This document shows, piece after piece, positions 41,752 to 51,078 of a DNA stretch of 64,000 nucleotides. The stretch is from Methanobacteriota archaeon. Its GTDB lineage: Archaea > Thermoplasmatota > Thermoplasmata > SG8-5 > JAGLSY01. The position numbers and the translations under genes were made by a program. The notes under the pieces are model-generated. The model was given only the letters and a program-made list of their open reading frames with translations. It did no database searches and had not been told where the DNA came from. Location: assembly GCA_020697715.1 (NCBI GenBank), contig JAEHCO010000001.1, positions 480,001 through 544,000 of the forward strand, in the 5' to 3' direction. Within the stretch, counting starts at the first letter, position 1. Every line of letters starts with the position of its first letter.

Positions 41752-44372
41752 AAATTGAGGAAATAAGAGCTCTTTGGGGTCCGAACTATTACAGTCGTTA
41801 TCCAGTTATTTACATGCTTTTGGATATAGGGAAATTAGAGGAGAAACCCTCTGATATGGTCCCAGACATGAAAGACAGATTGCTCAAATTGATGCCGAGT
41901 ATAATGGAACATAGATGCTCCCCAGGTCATATAGGTGGCTTTTTAGAAAGGATTGAAAGAGGGACATGGGCCGGTCATATTGTAGAGCATGTGGCAATAG
42001 AGCTTCAATGTCTCGCAAACATGGAAGTTGGATTCGGTAAGACAATAGGAACAGATGCTAAGGGAGTTTACAAGGTTGTATTCAGATACAGGGATCAAGA
42101 GGTTGGTGTTGAAGCCGGGAAAGCAGCGGTAAAGATAGTGGATGCATTGTTCAAGAACAAGCCCATCAAGATCGAACCGATCATCGCTCGCTTGAAGGTA
42201 ATTCGGGAAGAGAACATATTTGGACCTTCAACTTATTCAATAATCAAAGAAGCGGAGAGTCGTGGGATACCACATATTCGTCTCAATAAACAAAGTTATG
42301 TTCAGTTGGGACATGGTATAAATCAACGCAGAATTCAGGCCACCATGGTGGACAATACCTCTGCCATTGGTGTGGAGATAGCAGATGATAAAGAACAAAC
42401 CAAGGAGATCCTGGATGAGGCTGGAATTCCAGTTCCTATGGGAAGATCCGTAGATAGTCTAGAAGGGGCTTTCCTGGTCGCCAAAGATATAAATTATCCA
42501 GTCACCGTGAAACCTTTGGTGGGGCATCATGGTAAGGGCATCACGGCCAATGTGAAAAATGATGGGGAACTTAAAATAGCCTTCAACAGTGCGAAAAAAT
42601 TCCATGAACTTATTGTTGTGGAAAAGCATTTGGAAGGTTTCGATCATAGATTGTTGGTGATCAATGGAGAACTTGTTGCAGCTGCTAGAAGAGAGACTGC
42701 CAGTGTTGAGGGCGATGGAAGATCAACGATCCGTGAACTCATCGATGTGGTCAATGAAGATCCAAGACGGGGCATCGGGCATGAGAAGGTTCTCACGGAG
42801 ATAAAAATAGATTATATGACAAAGAGGCTGCTCAAACACCAGAACTTGAAACTTACGGACATACTTCCAGATGGAAGTATGCTCTATCTCAAATCCACTG
42901 CCAACCTCAGCACTGGTGGTTGTTCGATAGACGTGACTGATGAAGTGCATCCTCATATCAAAAGGATGGCAGAGCGGATATCCGAGATAATCAATATCAA
43001 TGTGATGGGAATAGATGTGGTAGCTCCACATCTTCGAAGACCCTTGAAAGAAACTGGAGGGGGAATAATTGAGGTGAACGCAGCTCCAGGATTCAGGATG
43101 CATTTAGAGCCATATTCAGGTGCTAGGAGGAATGTGGCTAAACCTCTGGTCGATATGTTGTTTCCTCCAGAGGCAAAGAGCACGATCCCCATCATTGCAG
43201 TAACTGGCACGAATGGGAAAACAACCACGGTCCGCCTCATAGCACACATCCTCAAATATGCTGGAAAAAGCGTGGGAATGTGTTGCACAGACGGTATCGA
43301 GATCGGAAACCAGGTGGTTTTGGAGGGAGACTACAGTGGACCTTCGGGAGCCAGGCATATTTTGACAGAACCATTGGTTGACCATGCTGTTTTAGAGGTT
43401 GCCCGTGGTGGCATCCTGAGGAGAGGACTTGGATATGATGAAAGCGATATCGGGGTCTTTCTAAACATCTCCGCCGACCATCTTGGCTTGGATGGACTAA
43501 ATACCCTGGAGGATCTGGCTGACCTGAAAAGTGTGGTCGTGGACAATATTAAACCCAAAGGGTTCGCAGTCCTTAATGCCGATGACGAATTGGTCATGAA
43601 ATCAATAGACAAGATCAAGGCGAATATCATATTATTCTCTCTCGATAACACCAATCCAGTCCTTTTAACCCACATCTCAAATGATGGAATTGCTGTTACA
43701 GTTAAAGATGGGAATATCATCTTAAGAAAGGGTGCTATTGATATGAAAATAGCAAGGATCAGTAATGTCCCGATCACTTTCGGCGGAAAAGCATTGTTCA
43801 ATATAGCCAATACCCTGGCAGCTGTTGGAGCGACATATGCGGTTGGCATAGATATTAAGACCATACAAACCAGCCTAGTTACATTCAACTCGTCCACAGG
43901 GCAATTGCCAGGCAGGGCGAATCTAATAGATGTCGGCTCATTCAAGGTCTTGATAGATTACGGGCACAATCCCTCTGCAATTGAATCACTTGCAGGTCTG
44001 ATACCTCATCTTACCAATGGAAGAAAGATCAATGTTGGAAGCGGTACAGGGAATCGAAGAGATGAGGACATACTGAATTTTGGTAGGAACATGGGAAAAA
44101 TGTATGATGAAATAATCCTATGCGATTCAGATCCCAGAGATCGGAAACCTGGTGAAACTGCTGAGTTGGCACGTGAAGGTGTGCTATCATCAGATTTTCC
44201 TAAAAAGAATATTCAGATCGTCCTGGATGAGGGTGAGGCCATACAAACTGCTCTTGAAATGGCTAATGAGGGCGATCTCGTGGTCATTCAGGCCAATTAC
44301 ATCAAAGAAGCGATCCATATTGTATTGGAATACAAAGAGAAGCTATTGGCAAAAAGCAAGAAGCGAACCTGA
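41748..44372 (+). CDS. cphA: Cyanophycin synthetase CphA1
   Basis: N domain GPNYYS and C-x19-HIVEH. ATP-grasp G domain GPSTYSI, VQLGHG..QRRIQAT, VKP..GHHGKGIT, TANLSTGG, EVNAAPGFRMH. Mur-like M domain AVTGTNGKTT, EVARGGILRRGL, PGRAN, DYGHNP. Confidence 0.95.
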   Translation: MKIEEIRALWGPNYYSRYPVIYMLLDIGKLEEKPSDMVPDMKDRLLKLMPSIMEHRCSPGHIGGFLERIERGTWAGHIVEHVAIELQCLANMEVGFGKTIGTDAKGVYKVVFRYRDQEVGVEAGKAAVKIVDALFKNKPIKIEPIIARLKVIREENIFGPSTYSIIKEAESRGIPHIRLNKQSYVQLGHGINQRRIQATMVDNTSAIGVEIADDKEQTKEILDEAGIPVPMGRSVDSLEGAFLVAKDINYPVTVKPLVGHHGKGITANVKNDGELKIAFNSAKKFHELIVVEKHLEGFDHRLLVINGELVAAARRETASVEGDGRSTIRELIDVVNEDPRRGIGHEKVLTEIKIDYMTKRLLKHQNLKLTDILPDGSMLYLKSTANLSTGGCSIDVTDEVHPHIKRMAERISEIININVMGIDVVAPHLRRPLKETGGGIIEVNAAPGFRMHLEPYSGARRNVAKPLVDMLFPPEAKSTIPIIAVTGTNGKTTTVRLIAHILKYAGKSVGMCCTDGIEIGNQVVLEGDYSGPSGARHILTEPLVDHAVLEVARGGILRRGLGYDESDIGVFLNISADHLGLDGLNTLEDLADLKSVVVDNIKPKGFAVLNADDELVMKSIDKIKANIILFSLDNTNPVLLTHISNDGIAVTVKDGNIILRKGAIDMKIARISNVPITFGGKALFNIANTLAAVGATYAVGIDIKTIQTSLVTFNSSTGQLPGRANLIDVGSFKVLIDYGHNPSAIESLAGLIPHLTNGRKINVGSGTGNRRDEDILNFGRNMGKMYDEIILCDSDPRDRKPGETAELAREGVLSSDFPKKNIQIVLDEGEAIQTALEMANEGDLVVIQANYIKEAIHIVLEYKEKLLAKSKKRT

Positions 44373-44459
44373 ACAGATCTTGAAATTTGATTACTTAAAA
44401 CTTGCCTATCTTCCACGCCTGGAATGAGAACATTCAGATTCTTTAGAGTCTGAATGTTC

Positions 44460-46136
44460 TCAGAATACCGCAGGTTCCTCATATTCACCAAATATGTCCC
44501 TGAGGGCGCTACAGGTCTCTCCCAAGGTCGCCTGCTTCTTGACAGCATCCAGTATGTAGGGCATCAGGTTCTCATCTCCTTCCGCGGCTTTTCTCAAAGC
44601 CTCCAATGCGGCATCGGTCTTTACCTGATCTCTGTTAGATCTTATCTTTCTAAGTCTATCAAATTGGATCTTCTCGCCTTCTGGATCTATCTTCAGTATC
44701 GGAATATCTATGTTCTCGTTCTCATCCACATATTCATTGACACCGACAATGGTCCTTTCTCCACTATCGATATCCTTCTGATACTGGAAAGCGGCATTGG
44801 CTATCTCCTGCTGGAAGAATCCTTTATCAATGGCTTTGAGGACTCCACCCAAAGCCTCGATCTTGTCAAAATATTTGTAAGTCCCTTCTTCCATCCAGTC
44901 GGTCATATATTCAACATAATAGGAGCCTGCCAGAGGATCTATGGTATTGACCACCCCGCTCTCCTCGGCTATTATCTGTTGGGTTCTGAGAGCGATCTTC
45001 ACAGCCTTCTCGCTGGGTAGTGCCAGAGCTTCGTCCATCGAGTTCGTGTGGAGTGATTGTGTACCACCAAGTACAGAAGCTAATCCTTGGATCGTGGTCC
45101 TAACGATATTATTTTCTGGTTGTTGTGCAGTTAGCGAACAACCAGCAGTCTGGGTATGGAACCTCAGCCACATGGTCCTGTCCTTCTTGGCTCCTCGTTT
45201 TTTCATCTCATTTGCCCAAATGCGCCTCGCGGCCCTGTATTTACCTATTTCTTCGAATAGGTCATTATGTGCATTGAAGAAAAATGATAATCTTGGAGCG
45301 AACTGGTCCAGGTCCAAACCACGCTCCATAGCGGCATCGACATATGCTAATCCATCTGCCAATGTGAAGGCCAGTTCTTGAAGCGCGGTGGATCCAGCTT
45401 CCCTGATATGGTATCCACTTATGCTTATCGTGTTCCATCTTGGAACTTCCTTGGTTCCAAATTCAAAAGTATCGACAATGAGCCTCATCGATGGTTCTGG
45501 AGGGAATATCCATGATTTCTGCGCGATGTATTCTTTCAAAATGTCATTTTGAATGGTTCCAGTGATCTGTCCTCTGGAAGCTCCCTGATTCTCGGCAGCC
45601 GCGATATAGAAGGCCCAGACAACTGGTGCTGGCCCATTGATGGTCATCGAGGTACTGACGTCCTTCATCGGTATACCGTCGAAGAGAGTTTCCATGTCTT
45701 TCAATGAGGATATGCCAACACCACACTTGCCAAATTCTCCCTCGGCAAGTGGGTCGTCACTGTCCCTACCGTAAAGGGTAGGGAAATCAAATGCCACGCT
45801 GAGGCCAGTCTCTCCGTGAGCCAGGAGATACTTGTACCTTTGATTTGTTTCTTCCGCTGTCCCGAATCCCGCAAACTGGCGCATGGTCCAAAGCCGGCCA
45901 CGGTGCATGGTCGGCTGAACACCTCTTGTGAAAGGGAATTGACCAGGAAAGTTCAATTTCTCCATGTAATCTGAATCATTGATGTCATCCGGTGTGTGTA
46001 ATGGTCTTACCGGTACACTGGATGTTGTGACGAAGTCATCCCTGCGCTCACCGTGTTTGCTGACCGCATTGGCATATGTGACCTTCTCCCATTCCTTCTT
46101 CGCTTTCTTGATCTCCTCAATTTTTGGATCCGACAT
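44460..46136 (-). CDS. B12-dependent acyl-CoA mutase large subunit, isobutyryl-CoA mutase-like
   Basis: PGQFPFTRG, WTMRQFAGFG, QNDILKEYIAQK, ISGYHIREAG, QSLHTN. No C-terminal B12-binding domain (split type). Confidence 0.9.
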   Translation of the reverse strand: MSDPKIEEIKKAKKEWEKVTYANAVSKHGERRDDFVTTSSVPVRPLHTPDDINDSDYMEKLNFPGQFPFTRGVQPTMHRGRLWTMRQFAGFGTAEETNQRYKYLLAHGETGLSVAFDFPTLYGRDSDDPLAEGEFGKCGVGISSLKDMETLFDGIPMKDVSTSMTINGPAPVVWAFYIAAAENQGASRGQITGTIQNDILKEYIAQKSWIFPPEPSMRLIVDTFEFGTKEVPRWNTISISGYHIREAGSTALQELAFTLADGLAYVDAAMERGLDLDQFAPRLSFFFNAHNDLFEEIGKYRAARRIWANEMKKRGAKKDRTMWLRFHTQTAGCSLTAQQPENNIVRTTIQGLASVLGGTQSLHTNSMDEALALPSEKAVKIALRTQQIIAEESGVVNTIDPLAGSYYVEYMTDWMEEGTYKYFDKIEALGGVLKAIDKGFFQQEIANAAFQYQKDIDSGERTIVGVNEYVDENENIDIPILKIDPEGEKIQFDRLRKIRSNRDQVKTDAALEALRKAAEGDENLMPYILDAVKKQATLGETCSALRDIFGEYEEPAVF

Positions 46137-46431
46137 CTGGGTGCCTCCATTGACGTAATATATGGGAGAAATCATGGTTCATGACCCTCTCATCAATGCA
46201 TCCGACATAAATTTCGGGTTAAATAGTGTTTTGTTCTGCCAAAACAGTGCTTGTTCATAGATTTCAAGCACTGGCTATACAAAATCACAATAATTTAAAA
46301 ATCAACAAATATGATCAGCCAGCTCTTCGAATATTTGGATGATTTTCAAAATAGTTATATATATAAAACATTTTTATACTATTATATCTATTTACCACTT
46401 GGAATTTAAATCATGCGTGGGATGTGAAGCA

Positions 46432-47145
46432 ATGTCGGAAGAAATCAATGTACTAGATAGAAGATATCTAGCTGAGCTTTTGGGAACCATGATCCTTGTA
46501 TTCATAGGATGTGGAAGTGCAGTGATCGCAGGTGGATATGTAGGATTCTTAGGGATCTCGTTCGCCTTTGGATTGACAGTCCTGGCCTTGGTATATGCCA
46601 TCGGGCCAATATCTGGATGTCATATCAATCCAGCCATAACAATCGCTATGCTGGTGTCTAAAAAGATAAAGAAAAATGATGCCATCATGTACATAATCTA
46701 TCAGAGCGTGGGAGCGATAATAGGTGCTCTTATACTATTCTCCATAATGAATGGTCATGTGGATTATGACCTGGCAACCAATGGATTGGGCCAGAATGGA
46801 TATGACACAGCATCTCCAGCGGACTTCCCATTGATGTCCGCATTCATTGCCGAGGTCGTCCTTACTTTCATCTTCCTGCTTGTCGTGCTGGGTGCAACAA
46901 GCAAGAAAGCGGAGAACTCCTTCGCAGGAGTGGCCATTGGTCTTACTTTGACCTTCGTGCACATTGTTGGAATTCCAATAACTGGAACATCCGTCAACCC
47001 TGCAAGAAGTCTTGGACCTGCATTGGTCATGGCGATGGAGAACACACTGGCTCTGGAACAACTTTGGATGTTCTGGCTGGCTCCGATAATAGGTGCGGTC
47101 ATAGCAGCTGTAGTGTGGAAATACGTTCTGGAACCCAGAAGGTAA
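46432..47145 (+). CDS. Aquaporin (MIP family, AqpZ-like)
   Basis: AELLGT, ISGCHINPA, GTSVNPARS, WLAPIIGA. Confidence 0.93.
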   Translation: MSEEINVLDRRYLAELLGTMILVFIGCGSAVIAGGYVGFLGISFAFGLTVLALVYAIGPISGCHINPAITIAMLVSKKIKKNDAIMYIIYQSVGAIIGALILFSIMNGHVDYDLATNGLGQNGYDTASPADFPLMSAFIAEVVLTFIFLLVVLGATSKKAENSFAGVAIGLTLTFVHIVGIPITGTSVNPARSLGPALVMAMENTLALEQLWMFWLAPIIGAVIAAVVWKYVLEPRR

Positions 47146-47159
47146 TTTAAATTAAAAAT

Positions 47160-47188
47160 AATGTCCAGCCAGACATAGGCTGGACATT
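47160..47188. terminator. 11-bp inverted repeat between convergent aquaporin and nrdJ genes
   Basis: AATGTCCAGCC-agacata-GGCTGGACATT. Confidence 0.6.
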
Positions 47189-47213
47189 TCCCTATTTTAT
47201 ACACTATCTTTGT

Positions 47214-49445
47214 TTAACATTTTGAGAAGCCACAGTTCTGGCAGATCAAGCAACCCTCGATGAATGCGATAGGCCCACCGCATTCAGGGCATTCGGGTCT
47301 CACACCACTATCCAGCTTCGTCATTTCCTGAATGATCTGCCCTTTGTTCTTGAGATGCCCTTCAATGGCCTTTCCGATAGCATCAGGGCACGAATATATC
47401 TTATCCTTACCCAGTGCCCGCTCTGGACATCTGATACCCTTCAATTGCTCTATGATATTGCTAGAATCAATGCCCGCCCTCAGTGCCAGGGATATCAATC
47501 TACCAATGGCCTCGGTCTGGCTAGCGGCACATCCGCCTGTCTTTCCCATTCTGGCAAAGAGCTCGAATAACTTATTATTGTCCTCATTCACCGTGACATA
47601 AAGATAACCACACCCGGTCTTCATCCTGTGTGTGGCTCCGTGTATCATAAGCGGCCTCGGCCTCGGCCTCAGCTTGCCATTACTATCAATACCGATATCA
47701 GCCAATGTCGTCTGGTGGATCGCTGTATCTGTCTTGCTCTTACTGGCACTACTACCGGATTCAAGGACCTGTGTCCCCCTGCAACCATCCCTATAAACTG
47801 TAATGCCCTTACAACCTGTTTCGAAAGCCAGGTTGTAAACATTGGCGATATCATCCTTAGTAGCACTGGTATTAAGATTAACTGTCTTGGAAACAGCATT
47901 ATCCGTGTGTTTCTGGAAGGCCGCCTGCATCTGCACATGCCCTTCTGCAGATATCTCATGAGCGGTCTTGAAAAGCGATTTTAGATCACTCGGGAATCCA
48001 GGTAAACTGGCGGTAGTTCCCAACTTGACAATGGCCTCTTCCAACTCATCCGTGTATATGCCACGTTCCTCACATTTCTGCTTGAAGAAAGGATGCACAT
48101 AGTGAAGTGCATCGTCGTCCATCACAGTTTTCACATACGCGATGGAATAAATGGGCTCTATCCCACTGGAACAATCTGCGATCATGGATATGGTGCCAGT
48201 AGGAGCGATCGTCGTGATAGTGGCATTCCTCACCTTCCTATCATTTTCAAATATACTGCCTTTGAAACTGGGGAATGTTCCTCTTTCTTCGGCCAGTTTT
48301 TCAGAGGCTGACCATCCCTCATCCTGCACGAATTTCATCAATTTCTTTGCGAATTTATATGCCTGGGTGGATTCATATGGAATATCCATCTGGATAAGCA
48401 TATCGGCCCAACCCATTATCCCCAATCCGATCTTCCTATTGTTCTTGGTCATTTCGTCTATTTCTGGTAAAGGATATTTGTTCATGTCTATGACATCATC
48501 AAGGAATCTGACCGAGGTGTGTATCACTTTTCTGAGCTTGTCCCAGTCCACTTCATCATCCTTGATCATGTGGCTGAGATTGATGGAACCTAAATTACAT
48601 GATTCGTATGGAAGAAGAGGTTGTTCACCACATGGATTGGTGCTTTCCACCTCTCCAACATGCGGTGTGGGGTTGAACTTGTTAATGCGGTCTATGAAGA
48701 CCATGCCAGGGTCACCTGTTTTCCAGGCCATGCTGGATATGTCATCATAAATCTCTTTGGCACTGGCCTTGCCACATTTCTTACCATCTTTGGGATTGAT
48801 AAGATCATATTCCTCACCCTTTTTCAGGGCTTTCATGAACTTGTCCGTTATGGCCACGGAGATATTGAAATTCGTGAGAACACTCAGATCCTCCTTGCAT
48901 TTTATAAACTCTTGAATATCGGGGTGATCGACGCGCAAAATTCCCATATTCGCGCCTCTGCGAGTACCACCTTGCTTGATGGCCTCAGTGGCCGCATTGA
49001 AGACCTTCATGAAGGAGATAGGTCCACTGCTAACGCCACTGGTGGACATGACAGGGTCATTCTTCGGCCTCAATCGAGTGAATGAAAAACCAGTTCCCCC
49101 TCCACTTTTGTGGATAAGGGCTGCGTTCTTGAGCGCATCGAATATGCTCTCCATGGAATCGCCCACTGGAAGAACAAAACATGCGGATAATTGCTGAATA
49201 TCTCTGCCAGCATTCATCAGGGTTGGTGAGTTTGGCAGAAAATCTAGATCTGCCATCAAATTGTAGAATTCGTTTTCTATCTTTTTGATATCTTTTTTGC
49301 TTTTTCCATAACTCGCTTCTGCCGAGGCAATGTTCTTGGCAACTCTCCTGAACATATCCTCTGGTCCTTCGATCAATTTCCCATTATCGTCCTTTGCCAG
49401 ATAACGGCGCTCCAGTACTGTTAATGCGTTCTTGCTGATACTCAC
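47214..49445 (-). CDS. nrdJ: Adenosylcobalamin-dependent (class II) ribonucleotide reductase with TSCPD domain
   Basis: FLPNSPTLMNAG, LSACFV, GGTRRGANM, TNPCGEQ, CNLGSINL, TIAPTGTIS, KGITVYRDG, YSCPDA, C-terminal CPEC...CQNCGFSKC. Confidence 0.96.
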   Translation of the reverse strand: MSISKNALTVLERRYLAKDDNGKLIEGPEDMFRRVAKNIASAEASYGKSKKDIKKIENEFYNLMADLDFLPNSPTLMNAGRDIQQLSACFVLPVGDSMESIFDALKNAALIHKSGGGTGFSFTRLRPKNDPVMSTSGVSSGPISFMKVFNAATEAIKQGGTRRGANMGILRVDHPDIQEFIKCKEDLSVLTNFNISVAITDKFMKALKKGEEYDLINPKDGKKCGKASAKEIYDDISSMAWKTGDPGMVFIDRINKFNPTPHVGEVESTNPCGEQPLLPYESCNLGSINLSHMIKDDEVDWDKLRKVIHTSVRFLDDVIDMNKYPLPEIDEMTKNNRKIGLGIMGWADMLIQMDIPYESTQAYKFAKKLMKFVQDEGWSASEKLAEERGTFPSFKGSIFENDRKVRNATITTIAPTGTISMIADCSSGIEPIYSIAYVKTVMDDDALHYVHPFFKQKCEERGIYTDELEEAIVKLGTTASLPGFPSDLKSLFKTAHEISAEGHVQMQAAFQKHTDNAVSKTVNLNTSATKDDIANVYNLAFETGCKGITVYRDGCRGTQVLESGSSASKSKTDTAIHQTTLADIGIDSNGKLRPRPRPLMIHGATHRMKTGCGYLYVTVNEDNNKLFELFARMGKTGGCAASQTEAIGRLISLALRAGIDSSNIIEQLKGIRCPERALGKDKIYSCPDAIGKAIEGHLKNKGQIIQEMTKLDSGVRPECPECGGPIAFIEGCLICQNCGFSKC

Positions 49446-49863
49446 TCAACCACCCCTGAGAAAATACTGAAAACACTAGGCTTCTGCATCCCGTTCCCAA
49501 GACAGAAGGCACTGCGATTTTATGATATAAACCTTGTGCCGAAAGTCCTTTTATAGTGTTTTTTAATTGGCTAAAAAGAGCCCGTAAATGGAGGCTGTAT
49601 TTCACTGCTCGAAGGCCATATTGCTTACAAAAGTCTGTACCGGACTACTTAAATATTACACAAAAAACCGTACCAATCTCCTTATTAATCAGGATAATGA
49701 TTATTTCATAATGCAGGGACAATGCGGATAAAAAAATTCCATAGTGTTCGCCCACTCATCTCCTCCCATATATCTGACCTCCCTGCCTCACTCTTTTTTC
49801 CCTGGTCATTTTCCATATTCTTAAGGTATTGGATTTAAGTATACATCCACTCTTCCGGTTTTC

Positions 49864-50988
49864 ATGAAAGCCGCGATGATCAACATGATGTCAAATGCCG
49901 CCTGGTTCTCATCCCTATTCCTGATCCCACTATTCGCACAGGATCTGGGGGCTAGTGAGGTTCAGATAGGCCTCATTGTCGCTGCTTACGGCACTGCTTC
50001 TCTGATGTCTTCCTATATATTTGGAAGACTAGCAGATATACATGGTCGCCGGCTTTTCCTGAGGTTCGGTCTTATATTCTCAGCCTTTGCCGCCCTGCTG
50101 CAGATGCTATCTCATGATCCCATAACCCTTCTCTTGACAAGGTCTTTGATGGGTTTCTCGGCTGGCATGTTCCCCGCGGCTTTGATGGCCTATGCTTATG
50201 AATCCAAGTGGAAGATGGGCAAGTTCATGGCCTACGGCTCTCTTGGCTGGGGATTGGGCACTATTGTCGCCGGCATCCTAGCGACAATAGTGGTAATAAA
50301 AAATCCTTACATGGCTCCTTTCCTGCTCAGTGCGATACTTCTCTTCTTCTCCTTCCTCATATCTATGAAGATGCCGAAGGTTCAGGATCATAAGATCAAG
50401 GTTCCTCTATTCCCTAAAAAAGTTATAAAAAAGAATTTGCCGATCTACCTGACTGTCCTGATAAGGCACATGGGAGCCTGCACCATATGGGTGATATTCC
50501 CGATATACGTGATGGAGCTCGGGGGCTCTTTCTTCTGGATCGGTGTGATATACGCGATCAATTCCCTCACCCAGTTCCTGGTCATGAGAAAGCTCAAGGC
50601 CAAAAGTAAGACCCTGATAGTTTGGGGTCTTATCCTATCGATGATAACTTTTGCATCTTTCACATTATGTCAGAATATCTGGCAATTATTACCCACCCAG
50701 GTATTGTTGGGAACGGCATGGGCCTTCCTTTATGTTGGTTCGATAAAGTTCATAATGTCCAGAAATAAGGAAAGGGCGACCGCGACTGGCCTTCTGAACT
50801 CGGTCATGAACATATCATCGATAGGTGGCGCGCTCATAGGTGGTGTGGTGGCTGGTTTGCTTGGATACCATGCGACCATGTATCTTGCGGCGGCGGCTTC
50901 ATTGGTAGCTTTGATAATATTTCTGGTACTTGTCAGGAATGGCAAGAGATCTGGAACTAAAACCAGATCAACCCCCATCGTCTCATAA
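49864..50988 (+). CDS. MFS transporter
   Basis: About 12 TM segments; GRLADIHGRR (motif A). Confidence 0.88.
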   Translation: MKAAMINMMSNAAWFSSLFLIPLFAQDLGASEVQIGLIVAAYGTASLMSSYIFGRLADIHGRRLFLRFGLIFSAFAALLQMLSHDPITLLLTRSLMGFSAGMFPAALMAYAYESKWKMGKFMAYGSLGWGLGTIVAGILATIVVIKNPYMAPFLLSAILLFFSFLISMKMPKVQDHKIKVPLFPKKVIKKNLPIYLTVLIRHMGACTIWVIFPIYVMELGGSFFWIGVIYAINSLTQFLVMRKLKAKSKTLIVWGLILSMITFASFTLCQNIWQLLPTQVLLGTAWAFLYVGSIKFIMSRNKERATATGLLNSVMNISSIGGALIGGVVAGLLGYHATMYLAAAASLVALIIFLVLVRNGKRSGTKTRSTPIVS

Positions 50989-51040
50989 GATGATCAATGA
51001 ACAATAATAAAAAAGATAATTTTCTTAAAAATGTAAAAGG

Positions 51041-51064
51041 GGGGAAGGCTGGATCGCCTTCCCC
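51041..51064. terminator. Hairpin between convergent MFS and surface-protein genes
   Basis: GGGGAAGGC-tggatc-GCCTTCCCC, with an A tract before and a T tract after. Confidence 0.65.
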
Positions 51065-51078
51065 ATTTTCTTATTACT

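Noticed and set aside
49446-49560. Cobalamin riboswitch upstream of nrdJ
   Set aside because: Only a short CTTCTG/CAGAAG hairpin and a GGGAA are present; no B12 box, and the leader is too short.
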